DNA of 64,000 nucleotides from Escherichia coli (GTDB lineage Bacteria; Pseudomonadota; Gammaproteobacteria; Enterobacterales; Enterobacteriaceae): NCBI RefSeq assembly GCF_003018235.1, contig NZ_CP027437.1; one strand, 5' to 3'. Shown piece by piece: positions 39,001 to 48,559 of this stretch (position 1 is its first letter; each line of letters starts with the position of its first letter). The notes under the pieces were generated by a model. It saw only the letters and a program-made list of their open reading frames with translations, ran no database searches and was not told where the DNA came from. The position numbers and the translations under genes were made by a program.

Positions 39001-41287
39001 CTTGCCAGCCTCCATGACCGGGAACTTCACGCTAAGTAGTGAAACCGCCCGCACCGATGCAAACGGCGATGCCGTGGTCACATTGCGAGGCACAAAAGCG
39101 GGTGAGTTTACAGTTACGGCGACGCTGACCAGAAATAATACCGTTGCTCATCAGCAAGTTACTTTTATTGGGGATACAAACAGTGCGCAGCTCCAGCCGC
39201 TGACTGCCTCATTAAATACCATTGTTGCGGGTGACAGTACGGGGAGTACCCTGACGGCAACGATCCTGGACGCTTACCAAAATCCGCTTAAAGACCAGCT
39301 GGTCACTTTCCAGAGTAACGATGTCACTCTAAGCGGAACAGAAGTCACCACCAATACACTGGGTCAGGCGACGGTAACAATGACCAGCAATATTGCCGGA
39401 CAACATAACGTCGTGGTGAGCCGGAAAGCGCACCCCTCCGATAATAAAACGTTTAGTTTATCAGTGCTGCCGGATGAAAGTTCGGCGAAGGTAATAAGTA
39501 TAACCGGAGCCGAAAAAACGATAACGGTTGGCGAAAACATCACGCTACGGATACTCGTCCAGGACGCGTTTAACAATGTAATAGCGGGTCAACGCGTCAG
39601 ATTAAGTGCGCAGCCAACAGCTAACATTACGATAGGCGATACGGCTTACACCGATAATAACGGTTACGCGTACGTTAACCTTCTCAGCACCCAGCCAGGG
39701 GTTTATCAGGTGACGGCAACGCTGGACAATAACAGTAGTAGTAAGGTTGACGTGAATGTGGCAAATGGCAAGCTCGAGTTAACATCATCGAAGCCAGAAA
39801 CCACGGTCCATAACAGTGAAGGTATTACGCTTACCGCAACGGCGAGAAATGCTCAGGATGAATTAATGCCTGGACAAATTATCACCTTTAGCGTAACGCC
39901 TGAAGGTGCAACGCTAAGCAATACAGGGGAAATACTTACTGACCAGTATGGTCAGGCCAAAGTGACGCTGACCAGTGACAAAGTGAATGTCTATACCGTT
40001 ACGGCCACAATGGGCAAAGATGTTCCCGTTCAGAGCCAGGTAACGGTTGCGGTTAAGGCAGATGCTAAAACGGCACATGTTGTGAGCGTCGTGGCTTCTC
40101 CTGACACCATAACCGCCGACGGCATCGATAGCAGCACCGTCACGTCACGAGTAGAAGATGATTACGGATTCCCGGTTGAAGGTGTCGATGTTCGTTACGC
40201 CTTAGACACCAAAGGTCGCCCGGTAGTTAATATTCCAACTACGCGTACCGATCAGTCCGGGCAAGTCACGGCGACAATAACCAGTACATTGGCAGAAACC
40301 TTAACGGTCAATGTGCAAGTTCCTGGTACAGCCAACCAATCCGCAGCTATTACCTTGCTTGCCAGCACGGCGGATGAAAGTAAGTCATTATTGAAATCCG
40401 ACGTTGGCACTCTGATGGCTGACTACCAGCATAGCGCGAAACTTACGCTAACATTGCAAGACAAGTACGGTAATCCGATAGTGACGTCTGATCATCTGGA
40501 ATTTGTCCAGTCAGGTCCCTTCGTGAACTTTCTCAAGTTGAGCGATATTGATTACAGCCAAAGAAATTATGGCGAGTACACCGTGACTGTCACTGGCGGA
40601 AAAGAGGGAACAGCGACTCTCATTCCCATGCTGAACGGGGTTCATCAGGCAAACTTAAGCGTATCGCTGAATCTCATCCGCTCGATAAAAGAAATGTCCG
40701 GTCATGTCACTGCAAACAACCATACCTTCTCCACGGCTAAATTCCCGAGCGAAGGTTTTGCAGGAGCGTATTACACACTCAACAATGATAACTTTGAAGC
40801 GGGTAAAACCGTTGATGATTATATGTTTTCAAGTTCACAGAGTTGGGTGTCTGTCGATGCGTCAGGTAAGGTTTCTTTCGCAAATATCGGCGATCAAACG
40901 TCAGTCACAATAAGCGCTGTTCCCCGACAAGGAGGTACAACCTACCAGACCTTAATTAAGCTGAAAGGCTGGTGGGTGAATAATGGAAATCAAACCAATA
41001 TTTGGCTAGCTGCCAATGCGCTCTGTCATGCGAAAAATGATGGATATAATCTTCCTGGCATCACACATTTGACGTCTGGCGAAAACCAACGCACGCAGGG
41101 ATCGCTCTATGGTGAATGGGGGAACGTTGGAGCGTTTTCCAGTAATTCGCAATTTACACAAGGTGCTTACTGGACAAATGAATCTGATGATTACAATAGG
41201 CATTACTATGTGCAGATGCTAACCGGTATGACCGGAAGCGACGCTGATTCCAGCCCCCAACTGACCGCCTGCCGTAAATCACTTTAA
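36047..41287 (+). CDS. Intimin/invasin-family inverse autotransporter adhesin: LysM motif, beta-barrel domain, ~11 Ig-like (Big) repeats and C-terminal C-type-lectin-like domain
   Basis: 1746 aa; LysM-like segment (SVADRFGISLEELRRLNQF), invasin-type barrel region, repeated ~95-aa Big-like modules (motifs such as TLTATV.D..NPL), cysteine-containing C-terminal domain. Confidence 0.8.
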   Translation: MASTNAHQIKNNDQNSLCGLGDKIRRLTAGVCLFTQIFFPVMATAQNVVHAKPQTTVSSPSPLIENNTVPYTLGALESAQSVADRFGISLEELRRLNQFRTFARGFDNVRQGEELDVPATTLQKSHEQQNAVPPANGENTLENQIASTSQRVGTLLSQDMNSEQASGMARGWASSEASGAMTDWLNNFGTAKISLGVDEDFSLKNSQFDFLHPWYDTPDYLLFSQHTLHRTDDRTQINTGLGWRHFTPSWMSGINLFFDHDLSRYHSRAGLGAEYWRDYLKLSSNAYIGLTGWRSAPELDNDYEARPANGWDLRAEGWLPAWPQLGGKLVYEQYYGDEVALFDKNDRQSNPHAITAGLNYTPFPLLTLSAEQRQGKQGENDTRFAVDLTWQPSSSMQKQLNPDEVAGRRSLAGSRYDLIDRNNNIVLEYRKKELIRLSLMDPVKGKSGEIKPLVSSIQTKYALKGYNIEAAALEAAGGKVSTSGKDITVTLPGYRFTNTPETDNTWSIDVTAEDVKGNLSRHEQSMVVIQAPTLSQKDSLLSVNPLTVAADKKSTTTLTVTAHDSDGTPVPGLALQTRSEGVQDITLSDWTDNGDGSYTQMLTAGTTSGSVTLTPQINGESAVKESIVVNIVPVVSSRDHSSITIDNVSYYAGDDIKVRVELKDDSNQPVAYQKEELVKAVTVENSKPGATIVWNEEQPGVYAANYPAHKQGTALRAQLSLHNWNAPLQSHIYNIEANQNKARVATLSATNNDVYADKMTFNTLTINVTDESDNPLTNHQVTFKNEKGSAEFVEPPQQNTDAYGVATINMVSQVAEENTISATLPNGFSQRIIAKFVSDSSTPKFKQLVADPDTIIAGNSQGSTLTATVTDFHNNPLKDMKVNFVAPGGSQLDNTTATTDQFGIVRVHLTSSKAGSYSVDASLEADKNIHQSVTITVVPNREQSVMTLNAGSGSAIANNTNTVILTASVKDVYGHPLPDEDVKFTLPASMTGNFTLSSETARTDANGDAVVTLRGTKAGEFTVTATLTRNNTVAHQQVTFIGDTNSAQLQPLTASLNTIVAGDSTGSTLTATILDAYQNPLKDQLVTFQSNDVTLSGTEVTTNTLGQATVTMTSNIAGQHNVVVSRKAHPSDNKTFSLSVLPDESSAKVISITGAEKTITVGENITLRILVQDAFNNVIAGQRVRLSAQPTANITIGDTAYTDNNGYAYVNLLSTQPGVYQVTATLDNNSSSKVDVNVANGKLELTSSKPETTVHNSEGITLTATARNAQDELMPGQIITFSVTPEGATLSNTGEILTDQYGQAKVTLTSDKVNVYTVTATMGKDVPVQSQVTVAVKADAKTAHVVSVVASPDTITADGIDSSTVTSRVEDDYGFPVEGVDVRYALDTKGRPVVNIPTTRTDQSGQVTATITSTLAETLTVNVQVPGTANQSAAITLLASTADESKSLLKSDVGTLMADYQHSAKLTLTLQDKYGNPIVTSDHLEFVQSGPFVNFLKLSDIDYSQRNYGEYTVTVTGGKEGTATLIPMLNGVHQANLSVSLNLIRSIKEMSGHVTANNHTFSTAKFPSEGFAGAYYTLNNDNFEAGKTVDDYMFSSSQSWVSVDASGKVSFANIGDQTSVTISAVPRQGGTTYQTLIKLKGWWVNNGNQTNIWLAANALCHAKNDGYNLPGITHLTSGENQRTQGSLYGEWGNVGAFSSNSQFTQGAYWTNESDDYNRHYYVQMLTGMTGSDADSSPQLTACRKSL

Positions 41288-41329
41288 TTTTAGTAGGTTA
41301 TTAAGGATACCCTTTTGCGAGGGTATCCT

Positions 41330-41395
41330 TTCCGACTGATAACAAACGCTACATTACCTGATGCGCTGCGCTTATCAGGCCTATATAACCCCTGC
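41330..41395. repeat. REP element
   Basis: TACCTGATGCGCTGCGCTTATCAGGCCTA palindromic unit between convergent genes. Confidence 0.45.
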
Positions 41396-41407
41396 AATAT
41401 ATTGAAT

Positions 41408-41992
41408 TTATTGTTTTTGTACCCCAGCCGGCATGAACGGCCACTCAAGAAACTCAACAGCAACCGTTGATGTCAGCCAGACCCCGTTTTCCGCTTGCCA
41501 GAAAGGGAGGCCTCGTTTCGCCATTTCCTGTGCTTTGACGGTTAAAATAACCGGCGATCCGTGTCTTGCTCCCACTTTGCGTGCCGTTGCTTCATCAGCA
41601 GAGAGATGTACGTAGTGACGCTCACCTGCAATCAGCCCCTGTTTTTTTATCTCGTCAAGGAAACGGCTTGCCGTACCGTGGTAGAGAAACTGTGGCGGTG
41701 TTTTTTCGGCAAAGGAAATAGCGACCTGCGAAGTCGAATGCCCCTGAACCGCGCGGATGCACCTACCATCACTGGAATAACTAAAACGCTTTTTATCGCT
41801 GGTGGCAACCACAGTATCCAGCAATGCACGGGTTAACCGCTTGCCCGCTTTTTGGGCACAAAGTATGAGCTTATCGATATCCGCCCATCCTTCACGGTCC
41901 AGTACGATACCAATCGCCTCCGGTTTGTGTCGGAGGACAAAACTTAAAAACTTGCTCGTATCCGCCAGCTCTTTTTCGTTGTACTTTGCCAT
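41408..41992 (-). CDS. kptA: RNA 2'-phosphotransferase (Tpt1/KptA family)
   Basis: 194-aa [45 protein letters not shown]... Confidence 0.88.
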   Translation of the reverse strand: MAKYNEKELADTSKFLSFVLRHKPEAIGIVLDREGWADIDKLILCAQKAGKRLTRALLDTVVATSDKKRFSYSSDGRCIRAVQGHSTSQVAISFAEKTPPQFLYHGTASRFLDEIKKQGLIAGERHYVHLSADEATARKVGARHGSPVILTVKAQEMAKRGLPFWQAENGVWLTSTVAVEFLEWPFMPAGVQKQ

Positions 41993-42229
41993 CTCGTTTT
42001 CGTCCCTGGATTTTCTGTTTTTATTTACTTATGTCATTGTCACTGGGTTTATGAATTTACTGCAACTCAATCCTGCGCAGAGCCTTTTCCACACAGCGTA
42101 ATTTTTCCGCTATGCAAAAAACGCATAGCCAGAAACATACTTGCATTTTCCCCATACCCACATGGCTGATAAGGTTTTTCCGCTCCAGGAATTTTCCTGG
42201 CTCAAGCAACACACAAACACAAAAAAACA

Positions 42230-42925
42230 ATGGGGATTGTTATGACACAACAAGGGGATGCTGTAGCCGGGGAGCTGGCGACAGAAAAAGTGGGCATTAA
42301 AGGGTATCTGGCTTTTTTTCTCACCATAATCTTTTTTTCCGGTGTTTTTTCCGGGACAGACAGTTGGTGGCGCGTTTTTGATTTTTCCGTGCTGAACGGA
42401 TCGTTTGGGCAACTGCCTGGTGCGAACGGAGCCACCACCTCGTTTCGCGGCGCGGGTGGCGCGGGGGCTAAAGATGGCTTTCTCTTTGCGCTGGAGCTGG
42501 CACCGTCAGTCATTCTCTCTTTGGGGATTATTTCAATTACCGATGGTCTTGGCGGATTACGCGCCGCGCAGCAGTTAATGACGCCAGTGCTAAAACCGTT
42601 GTTGGGCATTCCAGGGATCTGCTCGCTGGCGCTGATCGCTAACCTGCAAAACACCGATGCCGCCGCCGGTATGACCAAAGAGCTGGCGCAGGAAGGTGAA
42701 ATTACCGAACGCGATAAAGTGATTTTCGCCGCATATCAAACCAGCGGTAGCGCCATTATCACCAACTACTTCTCTTCCGGCGTCGCGGTGTTTGCCTTTC
42801 TGGGCACGTCCGTAATCGTACCTTTAGCAGTCATCCTGGTGTTTAAATTTGTCGGAGCCAACATTTTGCGCGTCTGGCTTAACTTCGAAGAACGTCGCAA
42901 CCCAACGCAAGGAGCGCAAGCATGA
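42230..42925 (+). CDS. yjiH: Inner-membrane protein YjiH
   Basis: 231-aa hydrophobic ORF; stop overlaps the yjiG start. Confidence 0.85.
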   Translation: MGIVMTQQGDAVAGELATEKVGIKGYLAFFLTIIFFSGVFSGTDSWWRVFDFSVLNGSFGQLPGANGATTSFRGAGGAGAKDGFLFALELAPSVILSLGIISITDGLGGLRAAQQLMTPVLKPLLGIPGICSLALIANLQNTDAAAGMTKELAQEGEITERDKVIFAAYQTSGSAIITNYFSSGVAVFAFLGTSVIVPLAVILVFKFVGANILRVWLNFEERRNPTQGAQA

Positions 42926-43383
42926 CAACTCAGGTCCGCAAAAACGTCATGGATATGTTTATCGATGGCGCGCGCCGTGGCTTTACTATCGCCACCACCA
43001 ACCTGCTGCCAAACGTGGTGATGGCGTTTGTCATCATTCAGGCGCTGAAAATTACCGGCCTGCTCGACTGGGTAGGGCATATCTGTGAACCGGTAATGGC
43101 GCTGTGGGGATTGCCAGGTGAAGCGGCAACCGTCCTTTTAGCCGCATTAATGAGTATGGGCGGCGCAGTCGGTGTTGCCGCCAGTCTGGCAACCGCTGGC
43201 GCATTAACCGGTCACGATGTCACCGTTTTACTGCCCGCGATGTATTTAATGGGCAACCCGGTGCAAAATGTCGGTCGCTGCCTGGGGACAGCCGAAGTGA
43301 ATGCCAAATATTACCCGCATATCATTACGGTCTGCGTGATTAACGCATTGCTGTCGATCTGGGTTATGCAGCTTATTGTTTAA
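42922..43383 (+). CDS. yjiG: Inner-membrane protein YjiG
   Basis: 153-aa hydrophobic ORF, translationally coupled to yjiH. Confidence 0.85.
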   Translation: MTTQVRKNVMDMFIDGARRGFTIATTNLLPNVVMAFVIIQALKITGLLDWVGHICEPVMALWGLPGEAATVLLAALMSMGGAVGVAASLATAGALTGHDVTVLLPAMYLMGNPVQNVGRCLGTAEVNAKYYPHIITVCVINALLSIWVMQLIV

Positions 43384-43395
43384 CAAGGAGTTACC

Positions 43396-44568
43396 ATGAT
43401 TGATTATACCGCAGCCGGTTTTACCCTGCTGCAGGGAGCGCATTTGTATGCGCCGGAAGATCGGGGAGTTTGCGATGTCCTCGTCGCTAACGGCAAAATT
43501 ATCGCCGTTGCCAGTAATATCCCTTCTGACATTGTACCGGACTGCACGGTTGTCGATCTCAGCGGGCAGATCCTCTGCCCAGGTTTTATTGATCAACACG
43601 TTCATTTGATTGGCGGTGGCGGTGAAGCAGGTCCCACGACGCGCACGCCGGAAGTGGCGTTAAGTCGTCTGACGGAAGCGGGCGTCACGTCAGTGGTTGG
43701 TCTGCTCGGCACTGACTCTATCTCTCGTCACCCGGAATCCCTGCTCGCCAAGACCCGTGCGCTCAATGAAGAAGGCATCAGCGCCTGGATGCTGACCGGC
43801 GCTTATCATGTCCCTTCCCGCACCATTACAGGTTCCGTGGAAAAAGACGTGGCGATTATCGATCGCGTGATTGGTGTGAAATGCGCCATCTCTGATCACC
43901 GTTCTGCCGCACCTGACGTTTATCACCTGGCTAATATGGCGGCGGAATCCCGCGTTGGCGGTTTGCTCGGCGGCAAACCTGGCGTCACCGTGTTCCACAT
44001 GGGCGACAGTAAAAAGGCGTTACAGCCTGTCTATGACCTGCTGGAAAACTGCGATGTGCCGATCAGCAAGCTGCTGCCGACCCACGTTAACCGCAACGTT
44101 CCGTTGTTTGAGCAGGCGCTGGAGTTCGCGCGCAAAGGCGGCACCATCGACATCACCAGCAGCATTGACGAACCGGTCGCCCCTGCCGAAGGTATTGCCC
44201 GCGCCGTTCAGGCGGGTATTCCGCTGGCACGCGTCACCCTCAGCTCCGACGGCAACGGTAGCCAACCGTTCTTCGATGATGAAGGGAATTTAACCCATAT
44301 CGGTGTTGCAGGTTTTGAAACGTTGCTGGAAACCGTGCAGGTGCTGGTCAAAGACTATGATTTCAGTATCAGCGATGCCCTGCGCCCGCTCACCAGTAGC
44401 GTAGCCGGTTTCCTTAACCTGAGCGGGAAAGGCGAAATTCTGCCAGGCAATGACGCAGACTTACTGGTCATGACGCCAGAATTGCGCATTGAGCAGGTAT
44501 ACGCTCGCGGCAAACTGATGGTCAAAGACGGCAAAGCCTGCGTGAAAGGAACGTTTGAAACGGCTTAA
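43396..44568 (+). CDS. iadA: Isoaspartyl dipeptidase (amidohydrolase superfamily)
   Basis: 390 aa with metal-binding HVHLIGGGGE motif. Confidence 0.9.
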   Translation: MIDYTAAGFTLLQGAHLYAPEDRGVCDVLVANGKIIAVASNIPSDIVPDCTVVDLSGQILCPGFIDQHVHLIGGGGEAGPTTRTPEVALSRLTEAGVTSVVGLLGTDSISRHPESLLAKTRALNEEGISAWMLTGAYHVPSRTITGSVEKDVAIIDRVIGVKCAISDHRSAAPDVYHLANMAAESRVGGLLGGKPGVTVFHMGDSKKALQPVYDLLENCDVPISKLLPTHVNRNVPLFEQALEFARKGGTIDITSSIDEPVAPAEGIARAVQAGIPLARVTLSSDGNGSQPFFDDEGNLTHIGVAGFETLLETVQVLVKDYDFSISDALRPLTSSVAGFLNLSGKGEILPGNDADLLVMTPELRIEQVYARGKLMVKDGKACVKGTFETA

Positions 44569-44632
44569 ACGGTTGTCAGCCGCCCGAATGGACGTAGAAT
44601 ACCCGCAAGGGCGGCTGACAGAGTAAAACGTA

Positions 44633-45544
44633 ATGGATGACTGTGGTGCGGTTTTGCATAATATTGAAACAAAATGGCTTTATGATTTTCTGACCCTGGA
44701 AAAATGCCGCAACTTTTCCCAGGCGGCAGTCAGTCGCAACGTCTCGCAACCGGCATTCAGCCGCCGCATCCGTGCACTGGAACAGGCGATTGGCGTTGAA
44801 TTGTTTAACCGCCAGGTGACGCCGCTGCAACTCTCGGAACAAGGGAAAATCTTTCATTCGCAGATCCGCCATCTGTTGCAACAGTTAGAAAGCAACCTGG
44901 CAGAGCTGCGTGGCGGCAGCGATTACGCGCAACGTAAAATCAAGATAGCCGCTGCACACTCTCTTTCCCTCGGTCTGTTACCGTCCATTATCAGCCAGAT
45001 GCCGCCGCTCTTTACCTGGGCGATTGAAGCCATTGATGTTGATGAAGCGGTCGATAAACTGCGTGAAGGGCAAAGTGACTGTATTTTTTCCTTTCACGAC
45101 GAAGATTTGCTGGAAGCGCCGTTTGACCACATTCGCTTATTTGAATCTCAATTGTTCCCCGTCTGCGCCAGTGACGAACACGGAGAAGCACTGTTTACCC
45201 TCGCGCAGCCACACTTTCCGTTACTGAATTACAGCCGCAACTCCTACATGGGGCGATTGATTAATCGCACCCTGACGCGCCACAGCGAGTTAAGTTTCAG
45301 CACCTTTTTTGTCTCTTCGATGAGCGAGCTATTAAAGCAGGTTGCCCTCGACGGCTGTGGGATTGCCTGGCTGCCGGAATACGCCATCCAACAAGAAATT
45401 CGCAGCGGGCAGCTCGTTGTACTGAATCGGGAAGAACTGGTGATCCCGATTCAGGCCTACGCATACAGGATGAACACCCGTATGAATCCCGTTGCCGAAC
45501 GCTTCTGGCGTGAACTGCGCGAACTGGAGATTGTGCTTAGCTGA
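44633..45544 (+). CDS. hypT: LysR-family transcriptional regulator HypT (YjiE)
   Basis: 303 aa with N-terminal LysR HTH. Confidence 0.88.
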   Translation: MDDCGAVLHNIETKWLYDFLTLEKCRNFSQAAVSRNVSQPAFSRRIRALEQAIGVELFNRQVTPLQLSEQGKIFHSQIRHLLQQLESNLAELRGGSDYAQRKIKIAAAHSLSLGLLPSIISQMPPLFTWAIEAIDVDEAVDKLREGQSDCIFSFHDEDLLEAPFDHIRLFESQLFPVCASDEHGEALFTLAQPHFPLLNYSRNSYMGRLINRTLTRHSELSFSTFFVSSMSELLKQVALDGCGIAWLPEYAIQQEIRSGQLVVLNREELVIPIQAYAYRMNTRMNPVAERFWRELRELEIVLS

Positions 45545-45938
45545 CATTCTCCAGCGTCGCACTACGCCAACCGCCATTATCCCAGACCAGATCAAACGTT
45601 AGCGGTTCATCGTCGTGGTACAGCATTATCTCAAGGCTGATCGCCAGCGTGTGGCAGTACGCTTCTTTCAAATTGACCTGCAACGCCGCAATCCGTGGCT
45701 CATGAAATAACAGTGCAGAACGCAGCTGACGGCAATACCAGCTCTGAAGATGTTTGTCGCTCTGGTTATGCACTTGCCACTCGGGCATGCCTGAAACAAG
45801 TAATGACGGTAATGCCGAATGAGGAGAATTAAAAAGAGTGAGGAGATCGCTGCATACCGATTTACGCAGCGATGACGTTTTATTGCCTGAAATTTCAGGT
45901 AAAACAGCCTGAAGTGATTGGCGCATCATTTTGCGCAC
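45537..45938 (-). CDS. iraD: Anti-adaptor protein IraD (YjiD), RpoS stabiliser
   Basis: 133-aa ORF at the conserved position, convergent with hypT. Confidence 0.8.
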   Translation of the reverse strand: MRKMMRQSLQAVLPEISGNKTSSLRKSVCSDLLTLFNSPHSALPSLLVSGMPEWQVHNQSDKHLQSWYCRQLRSALLFHEPRIAALQVNLKEAYCHTLAISLEIMLYHDDEPLTFDLVWDNGGWRSATLENVS

Positions 45939-46600
45939 TCCTGACGTTTAGCAACATATGCGGCTTGCCCTGAACACCGGGCACCACTGTATTGATGCTC
46001 ATTTTCCATAGCCATTCCCTTTTGTTCATTACATCCATGTCAGTCTGAGACAGGCCTGAATCCTGTCAGCAAAGTATAAAACCTTACTTGCCTATGAATA
46101 TCTACTGACTTTTCAGGAAAAAAGTCATGATTTGATAAAAATCATCAAACTCAAAAAAAAACCGCTACTATATTCTGAATATTCCGAATAGTTACGTAGA
46201 TGAAAATACTTGTCACCGCCGCCACTTAATTTCGGTGGGGAATTATTTATTTCCGCATAATCATTCATGCATTATTTGAAACAATTAGTTTGTAAATAAT
46301 ATAAATTGATAACATATCAAATACATCAAAAATACCATTCACAGGCATTATTAATATAGACATCAATATAGCAACATCAAATTCCAATTAGTAATAAGAT
46401 ATGCTTTTAAATTGCATGCAAATAATTTTAAATGAGCGTTTTTTGATACTTTAGAGTGTTTCCCACCCTTTAATATCACTGTGTAGAGTTGATATCACTA
46501 CAACAGAAACATGCATGTCATTTGTTTACTTCTCTTTTTACTACAGAAAAATTTATCTATTTTTCTAAGCATCAGTGAAATACTCATAAAGGTAACTATT

Positions 46601-47431
46601 ATGTCTATGCCATTAAGCAATGCCCTTCAGAGTCAAATTATTACAGATAATCACTTCCTTCATCATCCAAAAGTCGACAATAAGTTAACACGTGAATATG
46701 AATATGCACGCATGGATACGGAAAATATCTATCTTCTGCCTCTTGCTCGTGGCAATAACCATAATTACGATGGAAAAAGCGTTGTCGAAATTAGAAAACT
46801 TAATATTAGCAAACAGTCCTGGCCATTTAATTATGTGACAGAAACATGCAGAGAATTCAATGGTATTACAACAACAGGACGTATGCTCTATCGAAACTTG
46901 AAAATCACCTCAGCTTTAGACGAAATATATGGTGGTATATGTAAAAAGGCGCATGCTGCCACAGAGTTAGCGGAAGGATTACAACTAAATTTATTTATGA
47001 AGAGCCCCTCCGATCCTGTAGAGGACTATACTGTGCATGAAATAACATTAGGCCCTGGCTGCAATGTTCCTGGTTATGCCGGAACCACGATAGGATATAT
47101 TTCAACACTTCCAGTTTCTCAGGCAAAAAGATGGACAAATGAGCAGCCAAGGATTGATATCTATATTGATCAGATAATGACGGTAACAGGGGTAGCAAAT
47201 TCTTCCGGATTCGCCGTTGCCGCATTACTTAATGCTAATATTGATATGGGAAATGACCCAATAATCGGTATAGAAGCCTATCCCGGTACCGCGGAGATCC
47301 ATGCAAAAATGGGGTATAAAGTTATCCCCGGTGATGAAAATGCGCCACTTAAACGTATGACTCTGCAACCGTCATCTCTTCCAGAACTGTTTGAATTAAA
47401 AAATGGTGAATGGAATTATATTGGTAAATAA
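46601..47431 (+). CDS. yjiC: Uncharacterised protein YjiC
   Basis: ORF 46511..47431; ATG at 46601 (MSMPLSNALQ) with AAGG RBS; AT-rich gene. Confidence 0.75.
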   Translation: MSMPLSNALQSQIITDNHFLHHPKVDNKLTREYEYARMDTENIYLLPLARGNNHNYDGKSVVEIRKLNISKQSWPFNYVTETCREFNGITTTGRMLYRNLKITSALDEIYGGICKKAHAATELAEGLQLNLFMKSPSDPVEDYTVHEITLGPGCNVPGYAGTTIGYISTLPVSQAKRWTNEQPRIDIYIDQIMTVTGVANSSGFAVAALLNANIDMGNDPIIGIEAYPGTAEIHAKMGYKVIPGDENAPLKRMTLQPSSLPELFELKNGEWNYIGK

Positions 47432-47571
47432 CCACTGAGAAGAATGAGTACTAATATTCAGGTTATACAGATAGTTAAACAATACCCTGCAATTTACAAA
47501 GTAATACTCATTGCAACTTCTTAATTTAAGAAAGCGCAAGGAACGTTTACCCTTGCGCTTATCATAATCAG

Positions 47572-48345
47572 TCAGGCGTCGACTTTATCCAACGGCCATG
47601 AATCAAACAGATAGCCGTCAAAATAAATATCGTCAACGTTCGAGAATTCCAGCAGACGTTGCTTAACGTTTTCCAGATGCTGCCACATTGCCAGCTTCGC
47701 CGCACGGGCATCTTTTTTGATTAACGCGGCGAGGATCTGTTTGTGATCGCCCAACCACTCTTTGCGATACAGGCTGTCATCCAGATGGCTGTGCAACTGG
47801 ATCCACATCGGATTGTTTTCCCGCCACTGCCAGGACTGACGGAATAGCTCCACCAGCATGCTGTTATGCGTCGCTTCGGCAATGGCGAGATGGAACTGCA
47901 TGTCACCACTTTCGCTGCTGCCCGGCGCGCTGGAAGCAAGCTCACGCTCTTCCAGTTGCAATGCCTGACGCATTTTGACGATATCTTCGCGGGTAGCCTG
48001 CAGGGCGGCAAATTCCGCGATGTTACTTTCCAGTAACTGACGCGCCTGTAACAGCTCAAAAGGACCGGCATCATTGCAGACGTTGGCATCCGGACTGTCT
48101 GTGTTGTGGCTGCCTGAGCTATCAAGAACATAAATACCGGCACCCCGGCGCACTTCCACCAGCCCTTTGATCTCCAGCATGATCAGCGCTTCACGTACCA
48201 CCGTCCGCGTGACATCAAGCATTTCTGCAATTTCACGCTCCGGCGGCAGCCGTTCGCCAGGATTGTACGGTGTCTTTATGATCAGATCGCGGATCATCGC
48301 CCCGACTTCCTGGTAAGGTCTTTGCGCAGAGGTGGCAGATTTCAT
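47572..48345 (-). CDS. uxuR: GntR-family transcriptional repressor of hexuronate utilisation UxuR
   Basis: 257 aa with GntR HTH and FadR-type C-terminal domain. Confidence 0.92.
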   Translation of the reverse strand: MKSATSAQRPYQEVGAMIRDLIIKTPYNPGERLPPEREIAEMLDVTRTVVREALIMLEIKGLVEVRRGAGIYVLDSSGSHNTDSPDANVCNDAGPFELLQARQLLESNIAEFAALQATREDIVKMRQALQLEERELASSAPGSSESGDMQFHLAIAEATHNSMLVELFRQSWQWRENNPMWIQLHSHLDDSLYRKEWLGDHKQILAALIKKDARAAKLAMWQHLENVKQRLLEFSNVDDIYFDGYLFDSWPLDKVDA

Positions 48346-48354
48346 GGTGTTGTG

Positions 48355-48430
48355 TCCGTTAGGTGCGGTTAATCAAATTTTTGCCGGATGCGGCGTGAAC
48401 GTCTTATCCGGCCTACAACGGGCAATTTTA
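48355..48430. repeat. REP element
   Basis: GCCGGATGCGGCGTGAACGTCTTATCCGGCCTAC palindromic unit. Confidence 0.45.
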
Positions 48431-48559
48431 CGGCACCCGTTAATCTCAAACTATACCATTAGCACTGGAAGTTGGCACGTACAGGTGGGCAAAAAAACGA
48501 AAACTGGTCAACCAAATATGCGTTTGATTGACCAGTAAGTCTGTAGGGTAATCAGTTAG

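Noticed and set aside
41802-42101. 99-aa ORF overlapping the kptA start region
   Set aside because: It overlaps kptA on the opposite strand and runs into intergenic sequence; no independent coding signal.
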